64,000 bases of DNA from the human T2T-CHM13v2.0 reference genome, Homo sapiens: NCBI RefSeq assembly GCF_009914755.1, contig NC_060926.1; one strand, written 5' to 3'. The notes under the pieces were generated by a model that worked only from the letters and a program-made list of their open reading frames with translations, made no database searches and was not told the DNA's origin. Position 1 is the first letter of the stretch; every line of letters begins with the position of its first letter. Shown here one piece after another: positions 47,965 to 60,402 of this stretch. The translations under genes and the position numbers were made by a program.

Positions 47965-48113
47965 CAGAGTGATGGCTCACAACCGTAATCCCAGCACTTT
48001 GGGAGGCCATAGTGGGAGGATCACTTGAGCCCAGGAGTCCATGACCAGCCTGGGCAACAAAGCAAGACCCCATCTCTATTAAAATAATAATAAAGTTAAA
48101 AAGAAAAAAAAAA
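47965..48113 (+). mobile_element. FLAM-like Alu monomer
   Basis: Left-arm sequence with A-rich tail. Confidence 0.78.
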
Positions 48114-48749
48114 CTTCATTCAAGGATAAGCCATAGAAGGAATATTATTTAGGCTTGAAAACCCTTATTTTGAAGAAGACTTGGGATTTTAGGTGAAGAA
48201 GATGGTGCAGGGAGAAATAGACTGAAAATGTTTACTGGTTATATTTTTCTTTTTAAAAGGCTTTCTCCTCCAGTGATAAGACAGCTTAGGGATTGAGAAC
48301 TGAGAAAAGGCCACAGAATTTGGAGCAAGTATAATTATTTCTGTCCCAAAGGTGCCTGCTCTTTCATCTTTTTCCAAATATTGAGATTCCGGATGGCTCT
48401 GGCTGATTCCTTTTTCCGATTTTGCACAGAAGTTCCTCATGCTCTGACACTATTTGGGACTGGGAAAAGCTCACTTAAGGTGGACCATCTTAACTGCTGG
48501 GCCACAATTTTATATTAAATACTGGAGAAAGCGAATGGGAAAAGAAGGAACAAGAGGAGAAGAAGGAAGGACAAGAAGATTTTAAAATATTTGATAGCTC
48601 TTTAGCTTGAAAAAGGAAATAAAAATTGTGAAAATGAATTACATTTAATAATATTTGGTTTATAACTGCAATTATGTATTGATTTTTAGAATGAATTAAA
48701 AATGAAATCCCATAGTTTGGGAGTGTAACATTGCAAAACAATGTTTTTT

Positions 48750-49056
48750 AATTTTTTATTATTATTATTATTTTTTAAGACAGAGTCTCACTCTGTCGCC
48801 CAGGCTGGAATGCAGTGGGGTGATCTTGGCTCACTGCAACCTCTACCTCCAGGGTTTAAGAAATTATCTGCCTCAGCCTCCCGAATAGCTGGGACTACAG
48901 GCGCCCGCCACCATGCCCAGTTAATTTTTTTGTATTTTTAGTAAAGACAAGGTTTCACCATCTTGGCCAGGCTGGTCTTGAACTCCTGACCTTGTGATCC
49001 ACCCGCCTCAGCCTCCAAAAATGCTGGGATTACAGGCATGAGCCACTGCACCCGGG
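48750..49056 (-). mobile_element. AluS
   Basis: Reverse-complement dimer with (TTA)n tail; TSD CAAAACAATGTTTTT. Confidence 0.9.
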
Positions 49057-49689
49057 CAAAACAATGTTTTTGATAGTAAGACATGACATTCTTAATCCCC
49101 ATTTTCTTAAGGGCCTCTCTTAATCTTCTGATACTCAAATTATTATCTTTTGATGCTCCTAACTTGTCATCATGGCTCTTGCATTTCTCTTTAGTTGTTG
49201 AGTGGTTTAATTCTTATTTGCTTATGATTCTAATAATTCTCCATATCACTTTCAATGACTTTAAGAAAGTTTGCATCTTGTGCAATATTTGTATTTTGAA
49301 CTTTGAATTTGATTTGCATTGTATTTTATATCATACTGTCCAGGTACTGGTGCTTTAAGCAATGAGAATTATAGAGGCTAATGAGAGGCAGAGAGTAGTC
49401 CATGTTATTTGATGACTAATTTTGTAAGTGGCCAGTTTTGTATTATGTTTTATAAATCCAGGAATTTGATTATGAAAACTCACTCTGATCTCTGAATAGT
49501 CAAGAATGGCCTGTTTCCAAACATCCTATAAATAACTAAATTTTTATATGAAAGAAACACAATCTTTTAGAAGTATGTTTTGATTTTACCCTTAGAGATT
49601 TTACCTTCCTAAACTTTGTTATATGTATATATAGGGAAAACATAACTATAAATTAAGACAATTTAAAATGTAATTATGATCTTATAATT

Positions 49690-49912
49690 ATAGGAGACCA
49701 GAATATGCCACCTCAAAATATACTCCTTTGGCATAAGGATTATTTTGAGCTGATGGCATTTGAGAAGAAGCAGATATAAGAAAAGCTCTCTGCCCTTCCT
49801 TAATTTGCCTAAAAGCAAGACATAAATTTATAAAGACAAAAGGGAAGACCCTTTCTCAATCATTCCTTTCTCAACCAGGAATGATTAAAGTTGATCACTG
49901 AAGACAACTTTA
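49690..49912 (+). mobile_element. 5' part of a MER34/MER39-like LTR
   Basis: ACCAGAATATGCCACCTCAAAATAT...CATAAGGATTATTTTGAGCTGA, homologous to the reverse complement of 60110-60239. Confidence 0.65.
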
Positions 49913-49916
49913 GAAT

Positions 49917-49935
49917 ATGTATATGTATGAATTAT

Positions 49936-49972
<37 letters not shown>
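49917..49972. repeat. (TA)/(CA)15 microsatellite
   Basis: ACACAC run at 49939-49969. Confidence 0.9.
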
Positions 49973-49973
<1 letters not shown>

Positions 49974-50150
49974 AACTTAGTACATAAAAATTACCGAATG
50001 ATTTAAAAGTTCCCAAGGGGGATTGAAAAATTGTATATTACTATGAGAGGTGCATGAAAAAAAAAAGATTATGAAAATTCTGGACCAAAGTAACTGCCAT
50101 GTCTTTCCTCCAGACAATCTCTACGGATTGCAAACAACCACTGACATTTT

Positions 50151-50252
50151 TTTTTTTTCTTTTAGGAGTGGAGGTTTAATAGGTAGAAGAGAAGAGAAAG
50201 AGAAACAGCTTCCTCTGTAGAGGAAAGGGTCTCTGAGCGGAAAAGACCTCCT
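50151..50252 (-). mobile_element. Short L1-mediated retrocopy of an ERV LTR R-region with poly(A) and TSD
   Basis: Minus strand ...CTATTAAACCTCCACTCCTAAAAG-A12; TSD TGACATTTT at 50142-50150 and 50253-50261. Confidence 0.75.
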
Positions 50253-51097
50253 TGACATTTTACTCTACCTCTCTGAAGCTTTCAAATTCATGACCATAAA
50301 AATAGCAGGCATCAGATTATGATGGAAAGAACCCTGAATTGTGGATGTGGATTCTGGGGTTTCAAATTGGGCTTCCACTCAGAGAAGTCACCATACTCAG
50401 AAATTTCTATTCAATCTTCACATCTGCTTTGCTCCAACTTAATTTGTTTGCATAAATCGGACAAATTGCAATTTGGTCTTTCTTAACGTGATTCTCTCAC
50501 TTTTACTTGATTCTGCATTTATTCCTACCCCCAGCCCTTTTCCCCTCCTTTCCTCCCAAAGGGAAGAACCTTAACTCCTGCAAGAAAATCAATAGAGATA
50601 TAAAAACTCATTGATAGTTTTACTAAAGTCAACCTACCTTCCTCTTTACCCTAAGCACTTTGCAATCCTCTTAGCCTTGCTGTATACAGCTGTAACTGAT
50701 AATGAATAAGATTTAATGAATTTGGGTATTCTCCCTTGGATTTATCATATTTCCTCAATTGTAATTATTTGTACCCTTATTATTCTATAGGCTCATAGAG
50801 TCAAAGAATCCATTCTCCTTTCACTGAAGAAATTATGCAATTAAACTTGCAATTAGACTGCCCACCGCTGAGAAACTGCCTACCAGGCCCAGAGCCTCTT
50901 TTTAAAAGGCACTTCTGTAGGAAGTTCTTTATGTAGAACTAGACCTTCTGATTCTCATTCTGTAACTGTTAGACCAGTCCTGGGTGCCTGCTAATAATGT
51001 GATAGTCTGAAAAATCAACTGATACAAACATGTTATGGATCACTGGAATGGCTACCTTATAGCTGAGTGCCATCACACAATTTCATGCTAGGTCTAT

Positions 51098-51400
51098 ACC
51101 GTAGATCCTGTGTGCCTGTGGGTTCCATGTCTGAACCATGGGTTGATTCACACAACCATGGATTGAAAATACTCAAAAACAATGCAATAATACTAATAAT
51201 ACAAACTAAAAAAAAATACAGTATAACAACTATTTACCTAGTATTTACATTGTATTAGGTAATATGGGTACTCTAGAGGTGATTCAAAGTATGTGGGAGA
51301 ATGTGTGTAGATTATAAGCAAATACTATGTCATTTTATGTAAGAGACATAAGTATCTGACGATTTTGGTGTCCACAGGGATCCATTAAGGGATGATTATA
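51098..51400. mobile_element. MER2-like Tigger MITE
   Basis: ATACAGTATAACAACTATTTAC..AGTATTTACATTGTATTAGGT...GATTTTGGTGTCCACAGGG. Confidence 0.7.
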
Positions 51401-54036
51401 TTTACTGTTTTTTGTTCCAAGATTACACTATATAAATTCAAGAAATACGAGATGATGGACTATTAATACATGGTGTTGTTAGATGTCAGAAATATAAACT
51501 CCATAATCCTGACTCATGTCTGAAAACTCAGCTGCTTTATCGCCCCCTCCAGGAAGTCTTTCTGTGCTCCCAAGTTCCCCTAATGAGCTCTTCCTTTATA
51601 CTCTCATGTTACCTGTCCTTGCTGTGCTATTTTGCCAGTAAACAGTGGGGAGAGGATGGGGTTAGTGTTTGGTTCTTTTAGATCTAATCACTATCTCTAT
51701 TGTCTCGAAGGCAAGCCCTCCTTTTCCCCCGATACCAGCATGCCTAGTATATAGTAGGCACTCAGCGTTTGTTGAAATGAGTCTAGCTTCTGAAAGTGCT
51801 ACATTCTGGCAGGAGGTGTGCTTTTAGAGAGGCACTTTCTCAGGGGCAACTCAGAAAATGTCAAACCTTTTAAACTGCTGCTTAGAAAAATCTGACTCTG
51901 GTGACATTAACCTTTAGAAGCCATATTAGCATTTACTTGAAGGCCATGTTTTGCAATGAACAACAGGCTACATCTAAGTCTAATAACTTGTAACCTAATA
52001 ACAGATTTAATAAAAGTATAAAATGGATTGAGAAATTATCAGAAACCATAAGCTCCCAGATTATAACTGTATAGCAAGGAACATATTCTCTTGTTAATCT
52101 TCCACTTCCCGGTGATCTGTGTTCACTTCATCATCCCTAGAATTCAGTCAGATTAGTTATAGCACTAATTCTTATGGCTTCCAGACAGAAATATTCTTCA
52201 TCTGCCCAAATCCCGATGTTCACTTGTGGATCCAGGTTTCATTGCATCACCTGGTGAAAGCTTATTGAAAAAGTGACATTTTTGTTGAGAGATTTGCCTG
52301 TTTGAAAAAATGGAAAAAAACAGCAGGCTTTGAATAACAAGTAGTACACTCAAACTTAATCTGTGTCTATTAAGCTGTTATCTATACTCACCACTTTGCT
52401 AAGCCATGGAGCCTATAAAAGAGGGACAAGACACCAAACTTTATGTAGCCCTATGGCACAATCATGTTGCAAAACATTTAATAACATTGTAAAGCAGACT
52501 GTGATTGTCGAAATGAGACACAGTCAGACAGTTCTTCTGAAAGACATCTTCAGACATCTTCTGCCTTAAGAGGAAGATGTCAGCAGAGGTCTAAGGTAGT
52601 TAGCCCAAGGCAGATACAAGACAGATTGTTACCATGAGACAATGGACTTGGGTAGAAGACAGCCTTGGGGAACTCTGAGCAACCAAGGTAGCATGAGCAC
52701 AATCAGAAGAGGGTGAAGAATAACTTACAAGGAGAAAATGAGAGAAGAGAGAGCTAGGAGGATACTAGAGAACTGTCTTTACTTCACAGTTACTCTTCAT
52801 TTGGAACAAATATGTGTCCGTTAGTATTACTCCTGTTACAGTTTACTATCATTTCTTATTTATTTATTGCTCAAGGAATTTTAGGTGGGTTATAAAAAAT
52901 GCAGGCAATAAAATAGGCAACTACAACTAAAACATAAAGAGTCTATCATTTCATAGAATGGAAGAAATAGAAGGAATTTTAGAAGGTCAAGACCAAGGAG
53001 CAAAATCAAACTGAAAAGTAGACATTTTAGGATTTTACACAATTATTATTTTAGAGCCACAGATCTGGGTCTGAGCTTCCTGGCAGTTAAAGAAAAAAAG
53101 AGACATCAGTATAATATTTTAATATTGTATTTGTTTAACCCAGGGATTCTTAAGCTGGGTCCATGTAATCCTTAACAGTTCATGAACACCCTTCAAGGGG
53201 CACATGAATATCGTGAAATTTTATCCAAAATGTCACTTATATCAAGTTGTTTTGAGGAAAGTATCCATAATTTCATCAGAATCTTGGAAAGGTGTGTGAC
53301 CCAAGATGTTATGAACCACCGAAAAAATGGTGTTTAGTTTACATAGCACTGTCACATAATTACATCATCTGAGGCCTGGGAAGATTAAGTCCAGGTCAGA
53401 ATTAGGAATCCAAGAGCCAAATTTGGCCAGGTGGCATTTTCCAAATAATGGAATCACCAGTGTTTAAAAGTCTTGAAAAATGGAAACATCTGGCAATATG
53501 GCACTCTCAATCCAATATGATAATGACTGAAATTGCTGAGAAATATCTGCTCCTGAACCAAGCAAGTGTCCTCTAGTTTAGTCCATGCTCAGCACTCCCA
53601 ATGGTTCCAGTACCTTTGCTCAGCTATTTCCTGACTGGCTGCTTTAGACATTTGTGTTTCAGAGTCCCAAATTAAGTAATTTGTGTAGAACTGATAACTG
53701 AATCTAGTTTTTACTACAGTTCAGAATGAATTATTTTGTCCGAGTGATTCTCAAACTATATGTCTTCCAGAAGCCTGCTGTTACAGGTTCACCATTGCTT
53801 TTTGCTACCATTTGTCTAATAATCAAGTGTTATTAACACATCTCTAAATAGTTTATGATGCGTAGTTGCCTTTTTCATGCCTTTCATGAGCATATGTACC
53901 CAAAATTTTGTATTTTATACATCTTTGCATTCATTCAGCAAGTGTTTCTTGACAATGTACTATACTACTATATATTAAAAGTGCCAGGCACTTTTTAGAT
54001 TTTATATATATATATATGATTAAGGTCATGAGGTCA

Positions 54037-54417
<381 letters not shown>

Positions 54418-54874
54418 TTATTCTTAAGGGTATCATTGTGAGAAAAACTCAGTGGCTTATTTGATTTGAGTTCACAGGGTATTGCCTAGCCACGTAAGCA
54501 GCCATACTCTTGCCTAGTGTATATCAATTTAGTAGAAAATAAATTTACATATTCTTTTATTTCTTTTTTCCTAGCGTAATTAGCTGCCTACTTTTCAAAA
54601 TTATGTGATGACTTCATGGGAAAAGAGATTCACAAGAACCAGTAACAGGAAAGCTTAAATAAGCTTGGAAATCTTTAAACTTTCAATATGGGTAAGCAAT
54701 GATCATTTTTAATCACCCAAATTCATAAGATTTGATCAAAGGAAAAATGTAGTGTTTTGGTGATATGCAGGAAGTATGAAATGCATGCTACTAATGATTG
54801 AACAGTACATCTTTGGTATGGCAGAAAAATGTAGTTTTATTTGTTTTGTTTTTGACTTAAGGTATGTCAATCTT

Positions 54875-57357
54875 TTTTTTTTTTTTTTTTATTGATCATT
54901 CTTGGGTGTTTCTCGCAGAGGGGGATTTGGCGGGGTCATAGGACAATAGTGGAGGGAAGGTCAGCAGATAAACAAGTGAACAAAGGTCTCCGGTTTTCCT
55001 AGGCAGAGGACCCTGCGGCCTTCCGCAGTGTTTGTGTCCCTGGGTACTTAAAGATTAGGGAGTGGTGATGACTCTTAACGAGCATGCTGCCTTCAAGCAT
55101 CTGTTTAACAAAGCACATCTTGCACCGCCCTTAATCCATTTAACCCTGAGTGGACACAGCACATGTTTCAGAGAGCACAGGGTTGGGGATAAGGTCACAG
55201 ATCAACAGGATCCCAAGGCAGAAGAATTTTTCCTAGTACAGAACAAAATGAAAAGTCTCCCATGTCTACTTCCATCCACACAGACCCGGTAACCATCCGA
55301 TTTCTCAATTCTTTCCCCACCCTTCCCGCCTTTCTATTCCACAAAACCGCCATTGTCATCATGGCCCATCACCAATGAGCCGCTGGGCACACCTCCCAGA
55401 CGGGGTCGTGGCCGGGCAGAGGGGCTCCTCACTTCCCAGTAGGGGCGGCCGGGCAGAGGCGCCCCTCACCTCCTGGATAGGGCGGCTGGCCGGGCGGGGG
55501 GCTGTCCCCCCCACCTCCCTCCCGGACGGGGCGGCTGGCCGGGCAGAGGGGTCCTCACTTCCCAGTAGGGGCGGCCGGGCAGAGGCGCCCCTCACCTCCC
55601 GGACGGGGCGGCTGGCCGGAAGGGGGGCTGACCCCCTCCACCTCCCTCCCGGACGGGGTGGCTGGCCGACCCCCCCCACCGCCTCCCTCCCGGACGGGGC
55701 GGCTGGCCAGGTGGGGGGCTGATCCCCCCACCTCCCTCCCGGATGGGGCGGCTGGCCGGGCGGGGGGCTGACCCCCCCCACCTCCCTCCCGGACGGGGCG
55801 GCTGGCCGGGCGGGGGGCTGACCCCCCCACCTCCCTCCCGGATGGGGCGGCTGGCCAGGCGGGGGGCTGACCCCCCCACCTCCCTCCCGGGCGGGGCGGC
55901 TGGCCGGGCAGAGGGGCTCCTCACTTCCCAGTAGGGGCGGCCGGGCAGAGGCGCCCCTCACCTCCCGGACGGGGCGGCTGGCCGGGCGGGGGGCTGACCC
56001 CCCACCTCCCTCCCGGACTGGGCGGCTGGCCGGGCGGGGGGCTGACCCCCCCACCTCCCTCCTGCACGGGGCGACTGGCCGGGCAGAGGGGCTCCTCACT
56101 TCCCAGTAGGGGCGGCCGGGCAGAGGAGCCCCTCACCTCCCGGACGGGGCGGCCGGCCGGGCGGGGGGCTGACTCCCCCACCTCCCTCCCGGACGGGGCG
56201 GCTGGCCGGGCAGAGGGGTCCTCACTTCCCAGTAGGGGCGGCCGGGCAGAGGCGCCCCTCACCTCCCGGACGGGGCGGCCGGCCGGGCGGGGGGCTGACC
56301 CCCCACCTCCCTCCCGGACGGGGCGGCTGGCCGGGCAGAGGGGCTCCTCACTTCCCAGTAGGGGCGGCCGGGCAGAGGAGCCCCTCACCTCCCGGACGGG
56401 GCGGCTGGCCGGGCGGGGGGCTGACCCCCTCCACCTCCCTCCCGGACGGGGTGGCTGCCGGGCGGAGACGCTCCTCACTTCCCAGACGGGGTGGTTGCCG
56501 GACGGAGGGGCTCCTCACTTCTCAGACGGGGTGGTTGCCAGGCAGAGGGTTTCCTCACTTCTCAGACGGAGCGGCCGGGCAGAGACGCTCCTCACCTCCC
56601 AGACAGGGTTGCGGCCCAGCAGAGGCGCTCCTCACATCCCAGACAGGGCGGTGGGGCAGAGGTGCTCCCCACATCTCAGACGATGGGCGGCCAGGCAGAG
56701 ACGCTCCTCACTTCCTAGATGGGATGGCGGCGGGGAAGAGGCGCTCCTCGCTTCCTAGATGGGATGGCGGCCGGGCAGAGATGCTCCTCACTTTCCAGAC
56801 TGGGCAGCCAGGCAGAGGGGCTCCTCATATCCCAGACGATGGGTGGCCAAGCAGAGACGCTCCTCACTTCCCAGACGGGGTGGCGGCCGGGCAGAGGCTG
56901 CAATCTCGGCTCTTTGGGAGGCCAAGGCAGGCGGCTGGGAGGTGGTTGTAGCGAGCCGAGATCACGCCGCTGCACTCCAGCCTGGACACCATTGAGCACT
57001 GAGTGAACGAGACTCCATCTGCAATCCCGGCACCTCGGGAGGCCGAGGCTGGCGGATCACTCGCGGTTAGGAGCTGGAGACCAGCCCGGCCAACACAGCG
57101 AAACCCCGTCTCCACCAAAAATAAAACGAAAACCAGTCAGGCGTGGCGGCGCGCGCCTGCAATCGCAGGCACTCGGCAGGCTGAGGCAGGAGAATCAGGC
57201 AGGGAGGTTGCAGTGAGCCGAGATGGCAGCAGTACCGTCCAGCTTTGGCTCGGCATCAGAGGGAGACCGTGGAGGGAGAGGGAGAGGGAGAGGGAGAGGG
57301 CGAGGGCGAGGGCGAGGGAGAGGGAGAGGGAGAGGGAGAGGGAGAGGGAGAGGGAGA
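54875..57357 (-). mobile_element. Full-length SVA retrotransposon (~2.48 kb; D/E/F-like)
   Basis: Hexamer repeat 57274-57357, Alu-like region ~56890-57270, GC-rich VNTR ~55376-56890, SINE-R ~54891-55375, T18 tail; 8-bp TSD TCAATCTT (54867-54874, 57358-57365) at a TCTT/AA L1-endonuclease site. Confidence 0.98.
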
Positions 57358-57812
57358 TCAATCTTAAATAATGAGAGTCAGAAAAGATTATTAAGAATAG
57401 CATTTATTCCAGTGCAACACTTAAGGATAGCCATCCAGGAGACACAACTCCAAACAAATGAGATCAGTGTTTTAAAGTGGGAAAGGTAAAGTTTCATTTA
57501 TATAGGCAGAAAGAGAAATTTTAGCAGGTTACATGCTTCATATGAGACCAGTGCATATGTTACAGTGATTTGATTGGTTATAGATTGCTACATTCTAAGG
57601 AAGATTACTTTATTATTTCCTAAGGATGGGTGGACAGTGATCTGAGGGACTCTAATCTCTGGCACTCTTTGGTCATAATTATTTACAGGAAAAAAAAAAG
57701 TCAGAAGTTGCAGCTGCATGCCTTGTGACTCAGACTGCATAGCCACATCTCTCTCAAAGCTCAGAATAATTTAAAGTTCCAACAGCCTTAAGTTTTAATC
57801 TCTTAATTTCAC
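57358..57812 (-). mobile_element. Probable old ERV1-class LTR whose terminus was the SVA target
   Basis: The empty site reads TGTCAATCTTAAATAATGAG...TTTATT...TTAATTTCACA (~460 bp, TG...CA); no clear TSD. Confidence 0.4.
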
Positions 57813-59417
57813 AGACTCTAGAGATCAGTGCAATTCAACTGTAAGAAATAATAAGTAAAACCTTTTCCCCTAATTAATTAAAAGATAATGGTGGATTTAA
57901 TTCATTTTCATTGAAAATGAAGAGATGAGTTATTTTAATATCACATTTTAGCTCTTGGGGCAGAGAGAAAAAATATTTTAAGTTATATAGACAAATAAAA
58001 TGCTCTATAGTGCAAAAGTAAGAAAAACATAGAAGATTCCCCTGAGACAAAAGATTTTGAAAAAGATTACAAGAAAAATTATTGCAAGACATAGGTATTG
58101 TTTTATTCTTAAAGAAATATGCTTTCTTACTTTATGAAACTAGTCTGAAACTGTAAATCTACATGGAAGTATACTGAATGCAGCAACTTAGAGAGAGATC
58201 CAGGCATTATGAATAAAGGGTGTCCAGATTTGCCTTGAATGCCAATGGATGTTAAGTTGGTAAAACTTAACTAATAATAGCAATAGCATTTATGTAATAC
58301 TTTGTAGACATTTTCAGATACATTATCTCGTTTAGTTTCCAAAGTAATTGTTGGGAAAATCAGAATACATGCAGCATTATTTTACTGATAGAGAGAGGTT
58401 GGGGCAGGCCCAAAGTCACTTAATATTAAACTGCAATAAGTAAAATCCTTCTTCCTGCAGCTTAACATCACTTTATTTGGGAACAAAGTCTCTCATTCCA
58501 CCAGAGTATCTTGGCTTAGCCTGAATACCCCAGGAGACTTAACACATTGATTTACATTTGCACTAAGATGGAAATGAGCAATTAATGATCCTTTTCTGTG
58601 GGAAGACTTTGGGAAAGGGTAATGGAAAGGGTCAGGAGCCCACAACCCTTGAAAAGGTGGATGCCTTTAAGAAGAGGAGGTTGCAGGAAGGAAGTAGGAA
58701 CCCCTGAAGGGAAATCTCTCTTTATTTGCAGGTCTTGGGAGGCCACTCTCTCCTTAATTTAAGCTATGGTAGTGAATATCATATATGAAAGTATATTTAT
58801 GTTCTTGAAATCTTTAATCTGTGTTGATTCTTTGAAATAATGAATTAAGGCATAGTTTAAATTTGCTAAGTGATGTTTAACCTAAGATGTGAAGAGTAGG
58901 AGGTAGCCAGTTAAAGAGGAGGGGGTAGCAGCATATTCCAGGAAGAAGCAGCAGTATATGCCAAGGCCAGAGGCAAGAGATGGTATGATCCATTTTATTA
59001 CTGTGTTCCAGAATAATCCACTGAAATATGAATTTGTGTTTTGTTTGCACAGCTTAGGCATGTGAGAAACACAAGAGATATTTATTTTTCTCTCTCATAC
59101 CCCTTTGTCTCAGTTCAGCTTTAGGGTGAATGGAGATCTGGGGCTTGTCTTACAGAGTTAAGAAAAGTTTGTAAAAGAACACAGTCCAGCAAAGGAGATG
59201 GGCTTTGGGACTCTAAGATCAGGAACCAGACATGACAAAAACTGAAAAAGGTTCCAGATCTTGAAGGGTTGGTGATTAGAGGTTCTGGAAGCAGCAAATT
59301 TGTACTCCATCTCCTCATGGCATCCCAGGGAGGTGTCAGGGGCTCCAAGAATGACTGGACCCAACTACCAAAGCTGCCACCCTCCAAAAGGATGTCAGTG
59401 CATGAGCGTGTTACCAG

Positions 59418-60239
<822 letters not shown>

Positions 60240-60402
60240 CCAGCAAAGCCTCCTTCCAAAGGAAATTGAGACTTGGAATATAAGCTGTACCCTGGGTGGG
60301 CCAAAGATAAGACCCAGTGAATCTAAGAAAGATGGAGATGGGATTGAGAGGGGGATATATGTTTTGTTTTTCTTAGAAGCATGCAATTGCTATAAATACT
60401 CA

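Noticed and set aside
55359-57489. Long Pro/Gly/Arg-rich ORFs (up to 246 aa) and GR/RE dipeptide ORFs
   Set aside because: Artefacts of the SVA VNTR and hexamer repeat.
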